Assembly: GCA_036626215.1 (NCBI GenBank)
Contig: JAZKSG010000001.1
Span: 5,634 to 69,633 of the forward strand
Length of the DNA: 64,000 nt
From: Thermoplasmatota archaeon
GTDB taxonomy: Archaea > Thermoplasmatota > E2 > DHVEG-1
Direction: 5' to 3'
The notes below the pieces were generated by a model. It saw only the letters and a list, made by a program, of their open reading frames with translations, did not search any database and was not told where the DNA came from. Shown piece by piece: positions 1-9,150 of the stretch (the first letter of the stretch is position 1; every line of letters begins with the position of its first letter). A program made the position numbers and the translations under genes.

Positions 1-587
1 ATCAGTAGCGTCATTGATAATGGGATTGGATTTTACTACATAAAAAATCTTTTTATTCGGATGGAGTTTTTTTATTTCCTCAAGAAGTAGTTTATCGAAA
101 AATATTTCACCAGCGTTATCTCCAAGAAATAGAATCTGATCAGATTTTTTTAAAACTTTTTTGAAATAAGGATACGCGTCATGACTAAATTTTTTTTCAA
201 CTGCGTTATCTATCATCTCCTCTAGTTTGAAGCGGTTGCTTGTCCCAAAATCAATAATATTTCCAACGATAGAAAGTTTTATAGCCATAAACAATGGATC
301 ATCAGAGTTTTCAACCAGTTTTTTTAGATGAGTATATTCTTTTTCAGCCATCTTGTTCGACTGTTGTTTAACTTTTTTATAAGGATCTTTATGGCAGGTT
401 ATCTCTCTAATGATAGCATGGGCTTCACGTGAAATCTCTGGAGGAGGGCTATTAAAATCTATGTTTTGGAAATATTTCATAATTTTTTTTATAACCCTCT
501 CTTGAGTTTTTTCGTCAGCATTAGTCATACGTGCTGCTTCTAATGATTGTTTTAGAAAGCAGGGTATGCAGTCTAAATATGTTTTCA
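1..587 (-). CDS. DUF89/ARMT1-like damage-control phosphatase family protein (C-terminally truncated by window edge)
   Basis: Minus-strand ORF starting at ATG 587-585 runs off the window start. N-terminus MKTYLDCIPCFLKQSLEAARM has the CxxC-containing start typical of DUF89 proteins. Confidence 0.5.
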
Positions 588-628
588 TAATTTTTCCACA
601 AAAAAAATAGAAGGTATTGAAATTTTTT

Positions 629-1018
629 TTAAACTCTGTGTCCTCTTTTACCTTGGCCTCTAAAAGCATGTCTCTGACAAGCGTCACTTTCATCTGCTTT
701 CTGAAGCTCTCCGTTCTTGAAAGCTTTCACAGCGTCACGCACCGTCCCATGAGCTCCAATATAGACGTGTATGCCCATTTGGTTGAAAAGGCTTATAGCT
801 TTTCGGCCAAGACCCCGGCATATCATCACATCCACGTTTTCATTTTTCATAATCTCTGGTGGATCGCCTCTACCGCCCATATGATGACTGGTGTTAGGAA
901 CAACTTTTACATCATCAGTTTCAAGATCAACAATTGTGTAATTTGGAACCCGGCCGAAGTGTTCACCAATTTTTTCATCTAAACCTTTTTCACCGTTAGA
1001 AGGGACGCCTATCTTCAT
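629..1018 (-). CDS. NifX/NifB-C-terminal-like dinitrogenase FeMo-cofactor-binding domain protein
   Basis: 129 aa. MKIGVPS...GEHFGR...YTIVDLE pattern of the PF02579 family. Its stop overlaps the start of the next paralog. Confidence 0.7.
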   Translation of the reverse strand: MKIGVPSNGEKGLDEKIGEHFGRVPNYTIVDLETDDVKVVPNTSHHMGGRGDPPEIMKNENVDVMICRGLGRKAISLFNQMGIHVYIGAHGTVRDAVKAFKNGELQKADESDACQRHAFRGQGKRGHRV

Positions 1019-1413
1019 CTTTTTCCTCCATGGCCACTGCCTCGTCTTCCACCTGCACCAAAATGGCTTCCGACGTTGGGTTTTTCTGTTTCATCAAGTT
1101 CACCATTTTTAAACTGTTTAACAACGTTTTTAACAGAACCGTTGGCGCCAGTGAACACTTTTACATCTCCAGCGGACAGAGTTCTGTAGGCGTTTGGGCC
1201 GATATTGCCAGTTATAACGGCCTCGGTTTTTTTATTTACTACATCCTGAGCTGTTTGAACACCGGCTCCACCCATCGCTGAAGCATTTTCATTAGATATC
1301 GCTTCCATATCCATGGTTTCAGTATCAACAAAGATTAGATATTTACATCGTCCAAAACGAGGGTCAACATCTGCTTCGAGATTATTATTTTTTGAAGTTA
1401 CAGCTACTTTCAT
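1015..1413 (-). CDS. NifX/NifB-C-terminal-like dinitrogenase FeMo-cofactor-binding domain protein (paralog)
   Basis: 132 aa. MKVAVTS...PRFGRCKYLIFVDTE with the same fold signature. Tandem paralog with a 4-nt overlap to the downstream gene. Confidence 0.7.
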   Translation of the reverse strand: MKVAVTSKNNNLEADVDPRFGRCKYLIFVDTETMDMEAISNENASAMGGAGVQTAQDVVNKKTEAVITGNIGPNAYRTLSAGDVKVFTGANGSVKNVVKQFKNGELDETEKPNVGSHFGAGGRRGSGHGGKR

Positions 1414-1470
1414 TTTTACTTTACTTCACCTCTAATAAATGTTTTTTTAACTTATATGTAATATTAGTTT

Positions 1471-1668
1471 TCAGGCTCTTACCATCGGGGTTTCACATTT
1501 TGGGCATATTTTAGTATTACAAGGAACGCCTCTCTGATGTGGTTCTTTATGGCCACAGTTAGGGCAGCGGCATTCTCCACCTGGGCCTGCAAATCCAGCG
1601 CCTCGGCCTCTTCCTCGGCCACCAGTAGACTCCTGACCAGTTGGGCCTGTACCATTTCCACCTGGCAT
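1471..1668 (-). CDS. DUF5320-like small protein with C-terminal 4-Cys zinc ribbon
   Basis: 65 aa. N-terminus MPGGNGTGP followed by a GRGRGRG stretch. C-terminus CRCPNCG...CPKCETP (CxCxxC...CxxC). Confidence 0.55.
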   Translation of the reverse strand: MPGGNGTGPTGQESTGGRGRGRGAGFAGPGGECRCPNCGHKEPHQRGVPCNTKICPKCETPMVRA

Positions 1669-1671
1669 ATT

Positions 1672-2526
1672 TTATCTTTCACCTCCTACTTCCTCTTTTT
1701 TATTTAAAATCTTTTCTATATTTTCAACTATTTTGTTAAAAGAATTAACAGTTTCTCTATTCCTGTTTTTTAACATAAAGGTTTTTCCAGTATCTCCCGC
1801 TTCTACAATATGAGGATCCAAAGGTATGCTTCCAAGTAAAGGTATTTGAAAATCTTCTGCTGCTTTTTTTCCACCACCTGTTTTGAAGATATTTATATCT
1901 TCTCCACAATGTGGGCAAGTAAAACCACTCATATTTTCAACAATTCCTAGAATATCAAGATTTAATTTTTTTACAAAATTTATAGATTTTCTAACGCTTA
2001 CCAATGCTACATCTTGAGGAGTAGTTACTACTACGGCTCCATCGATATTTTCAAGGATTTGAGCAATGCTAAGTGGTTCATCACCTGTTCCAGGTGGTAG
2101 ATCTATAATCATGTAGTCAAGTTTCCCCCAGTTTACATCACCAAGAAGCTGTCGTATGACTCCCATCTTCATAGGTCCACGCCAAATAACAGGATCGTCG
2201 TGATTCTGTACTAAAAAACCCATAGACATTACTTTTAAACCATCTTTCGTTTGAATAGGATTTATAGACTTTTGTGTGCCTGTCGGTTTTTTGTCTTCTA
2301 CACCTAGCATTTTCGGTATACTAGGTCCATGCATATCGCTATCTAATAAACCGACTTTGTAGTTTTTTTGTGATAGGGCTACGGCGAGATTAGATGCGAC
2401 AGTGCTTTTTCCAACGCCGCCTTTGCCACTTAGGACAACTATTTTATGTTTTACATTTGGTAGATTGATTTTCATCTTCTTTTTTTGGTTGTCATCTTTT
2501 TTCATCTTTATATTGCTCCGGTTCAC
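1672..2526 (-). CDS. Mrp/NBP35/ApbC-family P-loop ATPase (Fe-S cluster carrier)
   Basis: 284 aa. Deviant Walker A VLSGKGGVGKST, and a CPHCG motif typical of Mrp/NBP35 cluster ligands. Confidence 0.85.
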   Translation of the reverse strand: MNRSNIKMKKDDNQKKKMKINLPNVKHKIVVLSGKGGVGKSTVASNLAVALSQKNYKVGLLDSDMHGPSIPKMLGVEDKKPTGTQKSINPIQTKDGLKVMSMGFLVQNHDDPVIWRGPMKMGVIRQLLGDVNWGKLDYMIIDLPPGTGDEPLSIAQILENIDGAVVVTTPQDVALVSVRKSINFVKKLNLDILGIVENMSGFTCPHCGEDINIFKTGGGKKAAEDFQIPLLGSIPLDPHIVEAGDTGKTFMLKNRNRETVNSFNKIVENIEKILNKKEEVGGER

Positions 2527-2620
2527 GTTTTTTGGTTTTTAATTCTCTTATTTTTCTTCGGTGTTCGTTATAGAAATATAAAAGAGATTTAAAGAACTCC
2601 CCTTATTATTTTTAGGGGCT

Positions 2621-2989
2621 TTATTTTTCTTCTGTGAGATCCACAAGTCTTTCTTTCAGGGCTTTGATTTCTTCTTCTAGATCTTCTATCATTGCTTCAA
2701 GGTATTCTTTTTCCTCTTCTTTGGTTGGTCTGCGATACGGTTCTCGGTAAGCTGGATCAGGATATGGTTCTCTATAGTAGGGATTACGTTCTGGGTATGG
2801 TTGTCTGTAGAATCTTCCTCTACCGAATCCTCTTCCGGATCTATGTCCTCGGCCGAAACCACGACCGTAGCCACGGCCTCGTGGTATTCCTTTGGTAAAA
2901 CCTGGGCTGTTGTATCCCGTGCAGTATCCTAAACCACGTCCGGTCATGGGGCCTCTTCCTTCTGGTCCTGTTCTGTCTCCACCTGGCAT
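2621..2989 (-). CDS. DUF5320-like Arg/Gly/Tyr-rich disordered protein with C-terminal coiled coil
   Basis: 122 aa. N-terminus MPGGDRTGP matches the start of the 65-aa paralog. Contains RGRGYGRGFGRGHRSGRGFGRGR and a (Y)REPY repeat. C-terminus is EEEKEYLEAMIEDLEEEIKALKERL. Confidence 0.55.
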   Translation of the reverse strand: MPGGDRTGPEGRGPMTGRGLGYCTGYNSPGFTKGIPRGRGYGRGFGRGHRSGRGFGRGRFYRQPYPERNPYYREPYPDPAYREPYRRPTKEEEKEYLEAMIEDLEEEIKALKERLVDLTEEK

Positions 2990-2992
2990 ATT

Positions 2993-3349
2993 TTATTTCT
3001 CACCTCCATATTCTTTTTTTCTTTGGATGTAGTCTCCGCCTTCAATGCGGATCGGATAGGCTTTGACTAATGCGCGTGTGATTTTTTTTCTCGCTCTGTG
3101 TAAATCATTCCATAGAGTTTTTCTGGAGACACCCATCATTGCTGCTGCCTCTTGTTGTGTAAGCTCCTCTAGGTCTACAAGGCGTAATGCTTCGAGTTCG
3201 TCTAATGTTATTAATATGGTTTTTTTAGGGATTTCTGGCTTTTCAGTTGGGGTGAACTCGACGGGTTTGATTGTTTTGTCTATCCATCTTTTTCCTCTTC
3301 TGCGCCCACGTCTTCCTCGGCATCTATGTCTCCGACCTGGCATCAGCAA
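2993..3349 (-). CDS. DUF134/UPF0251-family predicted DNA-binding protein (sigma-70 region-4-like HTH)
   Basis: 118 aa. Arg-rich N-terminus MPGRRHRCRGRRGRRRG. HTH segment is LTQQEAAAMMGVSRKTLWNDLHRARKKI. First gene of the minus-strand operon. Confidence 0.6.
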   Translation of the reverse strand: MLMPGRRHRCRGRRGRRRGKRWIDKTIKPVEFTPTEKPEIPKKTILITLDELEALRLVDLEELTQQEAAAMMGVSRKTLWNDLHRARKKITRALVKAYPIRIEGGDYIQRKKEYGGEK

Positions 3350-3374
3350 CTACATCCTATAGTATTTACTCTAA

Positions 3375-3396
3375 TGTGAATTATTATATAAATATT
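3375..3396 (-). promoter_or_regulatory. Candidate archaeal TATA/BRE promoter for the DUF134-DUF5320-mrp-nifX operon
   Basis: ttattatataaatatt lies ~30-45 nt upstream of the start codon at 3349 in a 150-bp divergent intergenic region. Confidence 0.3.
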
Positions 3397-3501
3397 TTGG
3401 TTTTGTTTTAAATATTATAAAACGATTACAGATACTAATATCCCTTCAGAGGAAATTGATTAAATTTATTATTAAAGGCAACATTCACAGAAAAAAGAAT
3501 T

Positions 3502-4266
3502 ATGAAACTCATCTCCTGGAACGTAAATGGAATTAGAGCAGCAAATCGTAAAGGATTTTTTGACTGGTTTCAGAAAGAATCACCAGATGTTTTATGTTTA
3601 CAGGAAATCAAAGCCTTGCCTAAACAAATCCCTCCACATCTTAAGAACACACCCGGATACCACACTTTTTTTAACTCAGCAGAAAGAAAAGGATACAGCG
3701 GTGTGGCCACATATACAAAGAAGCAACCAAAAAACGTAGAAAAAGGGATTTGGAATAAAAAAATTCGATCAAGAAGGAAGAACGCTAATAACAGAATATG
3801 AAGACTTCGTTTTATTCAACATATATTTTCCAAACGGTAAAAAAAATCAAAAAAGATTAGATTACAAACTAGATTTCTACGATACATTCTTAGCATATGC
3901 CGATAACCTAAAAGCTGAAGGAAAAAATATAGTAGTATGCGACGATTTCAACACAGCTCACAAACCAATAGATCTTGCACATCCTAAAGCCAATGAAAAA
4001 ACCTCAGGTTTTTTACCAGTTGAACGAGCATGGATTGATAGATTTATAGACCACGGATACGTTGACACATTCAGACAATTCAACAAACAACCTGAACAAT
4101 ATACCTGGTGGAGTATGCGAACAAGAGCAAGAGAAAGAAACGTTGGATGGAGACTGGATTATTTTTTTGTAAACGAAGGATTTATGCCAAACGTAAAAAA
4201 CGTGTTTATAATGCAAGATGTAAAAGGATCAGATCATTGCCCAGTAGGAATAGAAATAGAAATCTA
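3502..4266 (+). CDS. xth: Exodeoxyribonuclease III (Mth212/ExoA-like AP endonuclease), interrupted by a +1 frameshift in an A7 tract at 3757-3763
   Basis: N-terminus [23 protein letters not shown]...LCLQEIKA...[12 protein letters not shown]. After the A-run the reading frame continues in +1 as [25 protein letters not shown]...[13 protein letters not shown]...[23 protein letters not shown]...[13 protein letters not shown] and ends at 4266. Removing one A gives a continuous ~254-aa ExoIII. Confidence 0.8.
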
Positions 4267-4285
4267 AAAGATAAGGTGGAAATGA

Positions 4286-5794
4286 ATGAAGGACTCACTT
4301 GATTACATATACAAAAAACAAGAGGAACTTTCAACAATTGGAGGAATAGCTGCACTTTTAGGATGGGATCAAATGACATATATGCCTCCTAAAGGAGCTG
4401 CAGCTAGATCGAAACAATCCTCCTATGTTTCTAGGCTTGCGCATGAAAAAATTGTATCTGACAAACTATGGAAACATATACAAAAACTCTCCAAAGAAAG
4501 TAATTTTAAAAAACTATCTGAAGAAGATAAAATCGTTGTTAAAAAACTGAGGAAAGATGTAAAAAAAGCTAGAAAGGTTCCATCTGATTTTGTAGAAAAA
4601 ATGAGTGTGGCAACCACTAAAGGATATGAGGCATGGAAAAAAGCACGTAAAAAAAATAATTTCTCAACTTTTGAACCACATCTGAAAAAAATTGTTGAAT
4701 TGGAACGGGAATATTGTGATTATATAAATATACCTGGTCCAAAATACAACAGTCTCCTAGACGATTATGAAGAAGGGATGACTGTTGATAAACTAAAAAA
4801 AGAATTTGATTTTTTGAAAAAAAGATTAACCATAATATTGGATAAAATCAAAGACAGTCAAGTCTACAAAGGGCAGAGAGGTTTAGACGAAGAATTTGAT
4901 ATAGAAAAACAGAAAAGGATATGCCGTAAGATAATAAGTAAACTTCAGCTGCCGGAGGCAAAGGCTAGGCTAGATGAATCGCCACATCCGTTTACCACGT
5001 CTCTAGATCATGATGATGTTCGTATCACAACCAATTTTGAACACAAAAATCCTTTGTTTTCATTTTTTTCAACTATTCATGAAACCGGGCATGCCCTATA
5101 CGAGCTAGAAATGCCTCAAAAAAAGTATAAAAACACTGTTGTCTCTGACGCCGCATCTGTAGGGCTGCATGAATCTCAATCTCGTTTCTGGGAGAACATG
5201 ATCGGTCGAAACAAAATATTTTGGAAGCACTTCTTTCCATTTTTTAAAAAAATGTTTCATGATAAATTGAGACAGATAGATTTAGAAAGCTGGTATAAAC
5301 TTGTTAATCAAGTGAAACCTGGTTTGATAAGAGTTGAAGCTGATGAGTTAACATATAATTTACATATAATTCTAAGATTCAACCTTGAACTTGATTTAAT
5401 AAATGATAATGTTGATGTTTCTGATCTTCCAGAGATTTGGAATAGAAAAATGGATAATCTACTTGGTGTGAAGCCTTCAAAAGATAGAGAAGGAGTTTTG
5501 CAGGATATGCATTGGAGTCAAGGTCATTTTGGATATTTTCCGACTTATACAATTGGTACAATTTATGCATCTCAACTCTATTCTACTCTTACAGAGAAAA
5601 AATCCTCCATCAGAAGAGACATAGAGAATGGTGATTTTAAAAATATTGTTTCATGGCTCAAAGACAATATACATAATTATGGGAGAACTATGACAGCGGA
5701 TGAAATAATTAAAAATGTTTGCAATAGTGGTTTAAACGCAGAAGAATATATTGATTATCTAAAGAAGAAATATTTTGAAGTATATGAGATATAG
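4286..5794 (+). CDS. Carboxypeptidase Taq-like metallocarboxypeptidase (MEROPS M32)
   Basis: 502 aa. Motifs HPF, DVRITT, HETGHALYE (HExxH), HESQSRFWE, IRVEADELTYNLH, and GYFPTYTIG at the C-terminus. Confidence 0.85.
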   Translation: MKDSLDYIYKKQEELSTIGGIAALLGWDQMTYMPPKGAAARSKQSSYVSRLAHEKIVSDKLWKHIQKLSKESNFKKLSEEDKIVVKKLRKDVKKARKVPSDFVEKMSVATTKGYEAWKKARKKNNFSTFEPHLKKIVELEREYCDYINIPGPKYNSLLDDYEEGMTVDKLKKEFDFLKKRLTIILDKIKDSQVYKGQRGLDEEFDIEKQKRICRKIISKLQLPEAKARLDESPHPFTTSLDHDDVRITTNFEHKNPLFSFFSTIHETGHALYELEMPQKKYKNTVVSDAASVGLHESQSRFWENMIGRNKIFWKHFFPFFKKMFHDKLRQIDLESWYKLVNQVKPGLIRVEADELTYNLHIILRFNLELDLINDNVDVSDLPEIWNRKMDNLLGVKPSKDREGVLQDMHWSQGHFGYFPTYTIGTIYASQLYSTLTEKKSSIRRDIENGDFKNIVSWLKDNIHNYGRTMTADEIIKNVCNSGLNAEEYIDYLKKKYFEVYEI

Positions 5795-5832
5795 AAAAAG
5801 AGAAGGATATAAAATTGATTGCTTTTATTTTT

Positions 5833-6075
5833 TTAGCCTGTTAAACTTCCAGTGCTTACTAGTGTTTTTGTATCTACTACACCTTTTATAGATCTGATTT
5901 TTTTGATAACTACTTTACCGATCATGTCTAGGTTTGCACTCTCGATTTTCACTAGTATATCATATTCACCAAATAAAGGATGGACTTCTATCACTTGCGG
6001 AAGATTTTTCAGGCTTTCGTATACTTCTTTCTCTCTTAATGGACTTATTGTTATTAGTGCGAATCCTGTTGCCAT
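5833..6075 (-). CDS. Stand-alone Lrp/AsnC C-terminal (RAM) ligand-binding domain protein
   Basis: 80 aa with a beta-alpha-beta-beta-alpha-beta-like pattern. VIEVHPLFGEYDILVKIESANLDMIGKVV resembles the AsnC C-terminal domain. Confidence 0.45.
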   Translation of the reverse strand: MATGFALITISPLREKEVYESLKNLPQVIEVHPLFGEYDILVKIESANLDMIGKVVIKKIRSIKGVVDTKTLVSTGSLTG

Positions 6076-6202
6076 AGAACAATGGAATGAAGATTCTATG
6101 TTTAATATTTTTGCTTTAAACTGATTTATTGGACAGTGGTAAAAAATATAAACATGTAGTGTATTGTGTTAACAATTAACCAGCTAAAGGAGGTTTATAG
6201 TT

Positions 6203-6517
6203 TTGGTAGAAAATAAAAATACAAATCTTACAAATGTAGCTGAAAAAGAGATAGATCTTTTAGGGCGACATGTAGAGGTATTGAAAACGGTACAGAAACA
6301 TGGGCCGATAGGGATTATAAGGCTTTCGAAGATGACTGATCAGCCACAACACATGATAAGATACTCTTTACGAAAGTTAGAAAACGATGGCGTCATAGAA
6401 CCATCGCCAAATGGAGCCATGGTAACCAACAAGGCAGCTGAAACATTAGAGTCATTAGAAGATTCTATTGATGAGCTTACGACTACTATGAAAAACCTTA
6501 AAAGCAAACTTAAATAG
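6203..6517 (+). CDS. Small winged-helix transcription regulator-like protein
   Basis: 104 aa. LSKMTDQPQHMIRYSLRKLENDGVIE looks like a wHTH recognition helix plus wing. Has an SD-like aaggagg upstream. Confidence 0.3.
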   Translation: MVENKNTNLTNVAEKEIDLLGRHVEVLKTVQKHGPIGIIRLSKMTDQPQHMIRYSLRKLENDGVIEPSPNGAMVTNKAAETLESLEDSIDELTTTMKNLKSKLK

Positions 6518-6612
6518 AAAGGATAGATAAAATATATCAATTTTAGCTAAATAACTTTTATAAACTAAGTATCATTATAGGGAAAGTAGTCTAAAAGGAG
6601 GAAAAAGCGAGG

Positions 6613-7689
6613 ATGATAAAAAAAACAAAAATTATAGTGCTAGTGATATGCTGTATACTTTTCTTAACAACTATCTCTCTTGGATCAGCAGAAGAGAGTG
6701 CTGCTATAGAAGATGAGGAAAATGATATTTATGATTTTTCAGGTATGGCGCTAGGAGGAGAATATTCAGAAAAAAGTTTTAATAATCCAGCTATCGACAT
6801 AAAAGAAGTGAGCTGTTTTAAAGAGGAAAACGGAAACATTACTGCAACTCTTGAAGTATATGGAGAAATACAGGACAAAGGATCCAACGAGTCTGCCTCT
6901 CTAAATCTTTCAGATATGTCTGCTCTTTTAGAATACACCAAGCCAAATATTTACTATATGGTTCAGATAAACACCTCGCAAAATATCTACACTGTTTCAT
7001 ATATCAACAAAACTTGTAATATTACAAAGGGAGAATACTCTCTATCATCTACGCCAGGGGTCGAAGGGTCTGAGACAATAGAGGTTGATTACGAGAAAGA
7101 CGATGAGAGTAAGATAAGTTTTACTTTTGATACTGGAAATTCAAATGAAACAATTAAAGAAATAACAGGTATTTCAGCATATTTTAAATTTAATCTAACG
7201 GCTATATTACAAATGGAAGGGGGAAAAGGAGGTAGTAACTATATGTCCCTTTTGGACTATTTTGTCGACACAGCCCCTAACCCCGATTTGAGTGGCACTT
7301 TTTACACAGTTTCTGAGGGAAAAGTTGGAGAGGAAATAAATTTTACAGCAAACAGTTTTGGTGGTGCACCGCCATATAGTTTCCAGTGGGATTTTGGTGA
7401 TGGCAATAGCGATACTGGAAGAAAATTAACATACACATATGATGAAAAAGGCAACTATACCGTAAATTTAACAGTGACAGATAATAACGGCAACAAAACA
7501 TACTATACACAGCAAATCAAGATAAAATCTTCCTCAACTTCAACGCCTGACTCAAACGACGACAAAGAAGAAGGGGAGGGGGGCGATGCAGCAGACAATT
7601 TAGAGTCGAACCTGCTGATATTTATAGGATTAATATCCCTAATAGTAATCGTAGGTGTTGCAGTTTTAACATATATCAAAAAAAGATAA
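6613..7689 (+). CDS. Secreted/surface protein with PKD domain and C-terminal transmembrane anchor
   Basis: Signal peptide MIKKTKIIVLVICCILFLTTISLGSA. PKD signature FQWDFGDGNSDTGRKLTYTYDEKGNYTVNLTVTDNNGN. Ser/Thr/acidic linker followed by a C-terminal TM LLIFIGLISLIVIVGVAVL and KKR. Confidence 0.75.
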   Translation: MIKKTKIIVLVICCILFLTTISLGSAEESAAIEDEENDIYDFSGMALGGEYSEKSFNNPAIDIKEVSCFKEENGNITATLEVYGEIQDKGSNESASLNLSDMSALLEYTKPNIYYMVQINTSQNIYTVSYINKTCNITKGEYSLSSTPGVEGSETIEVDYEKDDESKISFTFDTGNSNETIKEITGISAYFKFNLTAILQMEGGKGGSNYMSLLDYFVDTAPNPDLSGTFYTVSEGKVGEEINFTANSFGGAPPYSFQWDFGDGNSDTGRKLTYTYDEKGNYTVNLTVTDNNGNKTYYTQQIKIKSSSTSTPDSNDDKEEGEGGDAADNLESNLLIFIGLISLIVIVGVAVLTYIKKR

Positions 7690-7704
7690 ATGAAAAAACA
7701 ATTC

Positions 7705-7735
7705 TCTTTTTTTACTTTTTTATAAGTTTTTTTAG
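7705..7735 (+). terminator. Oligo-T tracts (archaeal intrinsic terminator candidate) after the PKD-protein gene
   Basis: ctctttttttacttttttataagttttttt immediately 3' of the stop at 7689. Confidence 0.3.
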
Positions 7736-7788
7736 TTATATTTTTATTATGAAAATCTATCACTTCTTCACAGAGAGGATTAATTTTT

Positions 7789-9150
7789 ATGAATAAAAAG
7801 AAAAAAAACGGTGAAAAAGAGAGCAAATATGCATACAAAAGAAAAAACGGATGGACAACACTAGAAAAAAAACATAAAAAAATATATGATTTTTGTGACG
7901 AATATAAAAAGTTTTTAAACGATGCTAAAACAGAAAGAGAGGCAATACAACAGATAAAAAAAGTTGTTGATAAAAAAAATAGAGATATAAAGATAAACAA
8001 CGAAACTTCTGCAGCAATAATAGCTAAAGGAAAAAAACCTGTTGAAGAAGGGTTAAAAATCGTAATTTCGCATGTTGACTCCCCTCGTCTCGATTTAAAA
8101 CAAATCCCGCTTTTTGAAGACAACGACAGTAATTTAGCCTTATTTGAGACACATTACTATGGAGGAATAAAAAAGTTTCATTGGGTAACAATTCCACTTG
8201 CTTTACATGGAATAGTAGTAAAAGAAAATGGAGAAAAAATTGATTTTAGACTGGGTGATAAAAAAGATGACCCCTGGTTTTCAGTTCCAGATTTGCTACC
8301 TCATCTCTCACATGAAGTACAAAACACAAAAAAGATGAACAAAGCAATAAAAGGCGAATCTTTAGATATTATAGTAGGAAGTAAACCTATACAGAATGAA
8401 GAAATCAAGGAGAAAATTAAAGCAGCGGTTTTAGAAAAACTACATAAAGACTATGGTTTAATTGAGGAAGATTTTATTTCAGCTGAACTAGAAGCAATAC
8501 CCGCATATTCCTCCCGGGATATAGGTTTTGATAGATCCATGGTAGGGGGATATGGACAAGATGACCGTGTCTGTGTCTTCAGCGCTTTAAAAGCAATATT
8601 AGATATAAACAAACCAGATTATACAGCTGTGAGTTTATTTGTAGATAAAGAAGAAATAGGCAGCGAAGGAAACTCCTCAGCACAAGTAACCACGTTTCTA
8701 AGATCCATTATCAAAGAGTTGGACTCCGATGCAGATGTAGATAAAGTTATGTTGAATTCAAAAGTTGTATCAGCAGACGTAAATGCTGCAGTAACTCCAA
8801 ACTATACTCAGGTTTTTGAACTAAAAAACGCTTCTTCTCTTGGTAGAGGAGTTGTGATATCTAAATATACAGGCCATGGCGGAAAATATGCTGCCAACGA
8901 CGCAAAAGCAGAATACGTAGCAGAAATAAGGAACATGTTGAACCAAAACGACATACCCTGGCAGACAGGGGAGTTAGGAAAAGTAGACAAAGGCGGAGGA
9001 GGGACAGTAGCCAAATATCTGTCGCGGCTTGGTATGAACGTTATAGATTTAGGGCCGTCAGTTATGAGTATGCATGCTCCTTTTGAAGTAACAAGTAAGG
9101 TAGATGTTTATTCTACCTATTTAGCATACAAAACATTCTTACAGAAATAA
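7789..9150 (+). CDS. M18-family aminopeptidase (aspartyl aminopeptidase-like)
   Basis: 453 aa. VISHVDSPRLDLK, the H-x-D-S-P motif of M18. Also GYGQDDRVC, and MSMHAPFE near the C-terminus. Confidence 0.75.
   Translation: MNKKKKNGEKESKYAYKRKNGWTTLEKKHKKIYDFCDEYKKFLNDAKTEREAIQQIKKVVDKKNRDIKINNETSAAIIAKGKKPVEEGLKIVISHVDSPRLDLKQIPLFEDNDSNLALFETHYYGGIKKFHWVTIPLALHGIVVKENGEKIDFRLGDKKDDPWFSVPDLLPHLSHEVQNTKKMNKAIKGESLDIIVGSKPIQNEEIKEKIKAAVLEKLHKDYGLIEEDFISAELEAIPAYSSRDIGFDRSMVGGYGQDDRVCVFSALKAILDINKPDYTAVSLFVDKEEIGSEGNSSAQVTTFLRSIIKELDSDADVDKVMLNSKVVSADVNAAVTPNYTQVFELKNASSLGRGVVISKYTGHGGKYAANDAKAEYVAEIRNMLNQNDIPWQTGELGKVDKGGGGTVAKYLSRLGMNVIDLGPSVMSMHAPFEVTSKVDVYSTYLAYKTFLQK

Noticed and set aside
4108-4302. 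64-aa ORF (GTG start) inside the exonuclease III region
   Set aside because: It lies in a third frame across the 3' half of xth. The xth +1 frame gives a full-length ExoIII alignment, so this ORF is spurious.
7503-8123. 206-aa minus-strand ORF overlapping the end of the PKD-protein gene and the start of the M18 aminopeptidase gene
   Set aside because: It is antisense to two well-supported genes and has low-complexity Phe/Ser/Leu-rich composition typical of reverse-strand translation of AT-rich coding DNA. No motifs.
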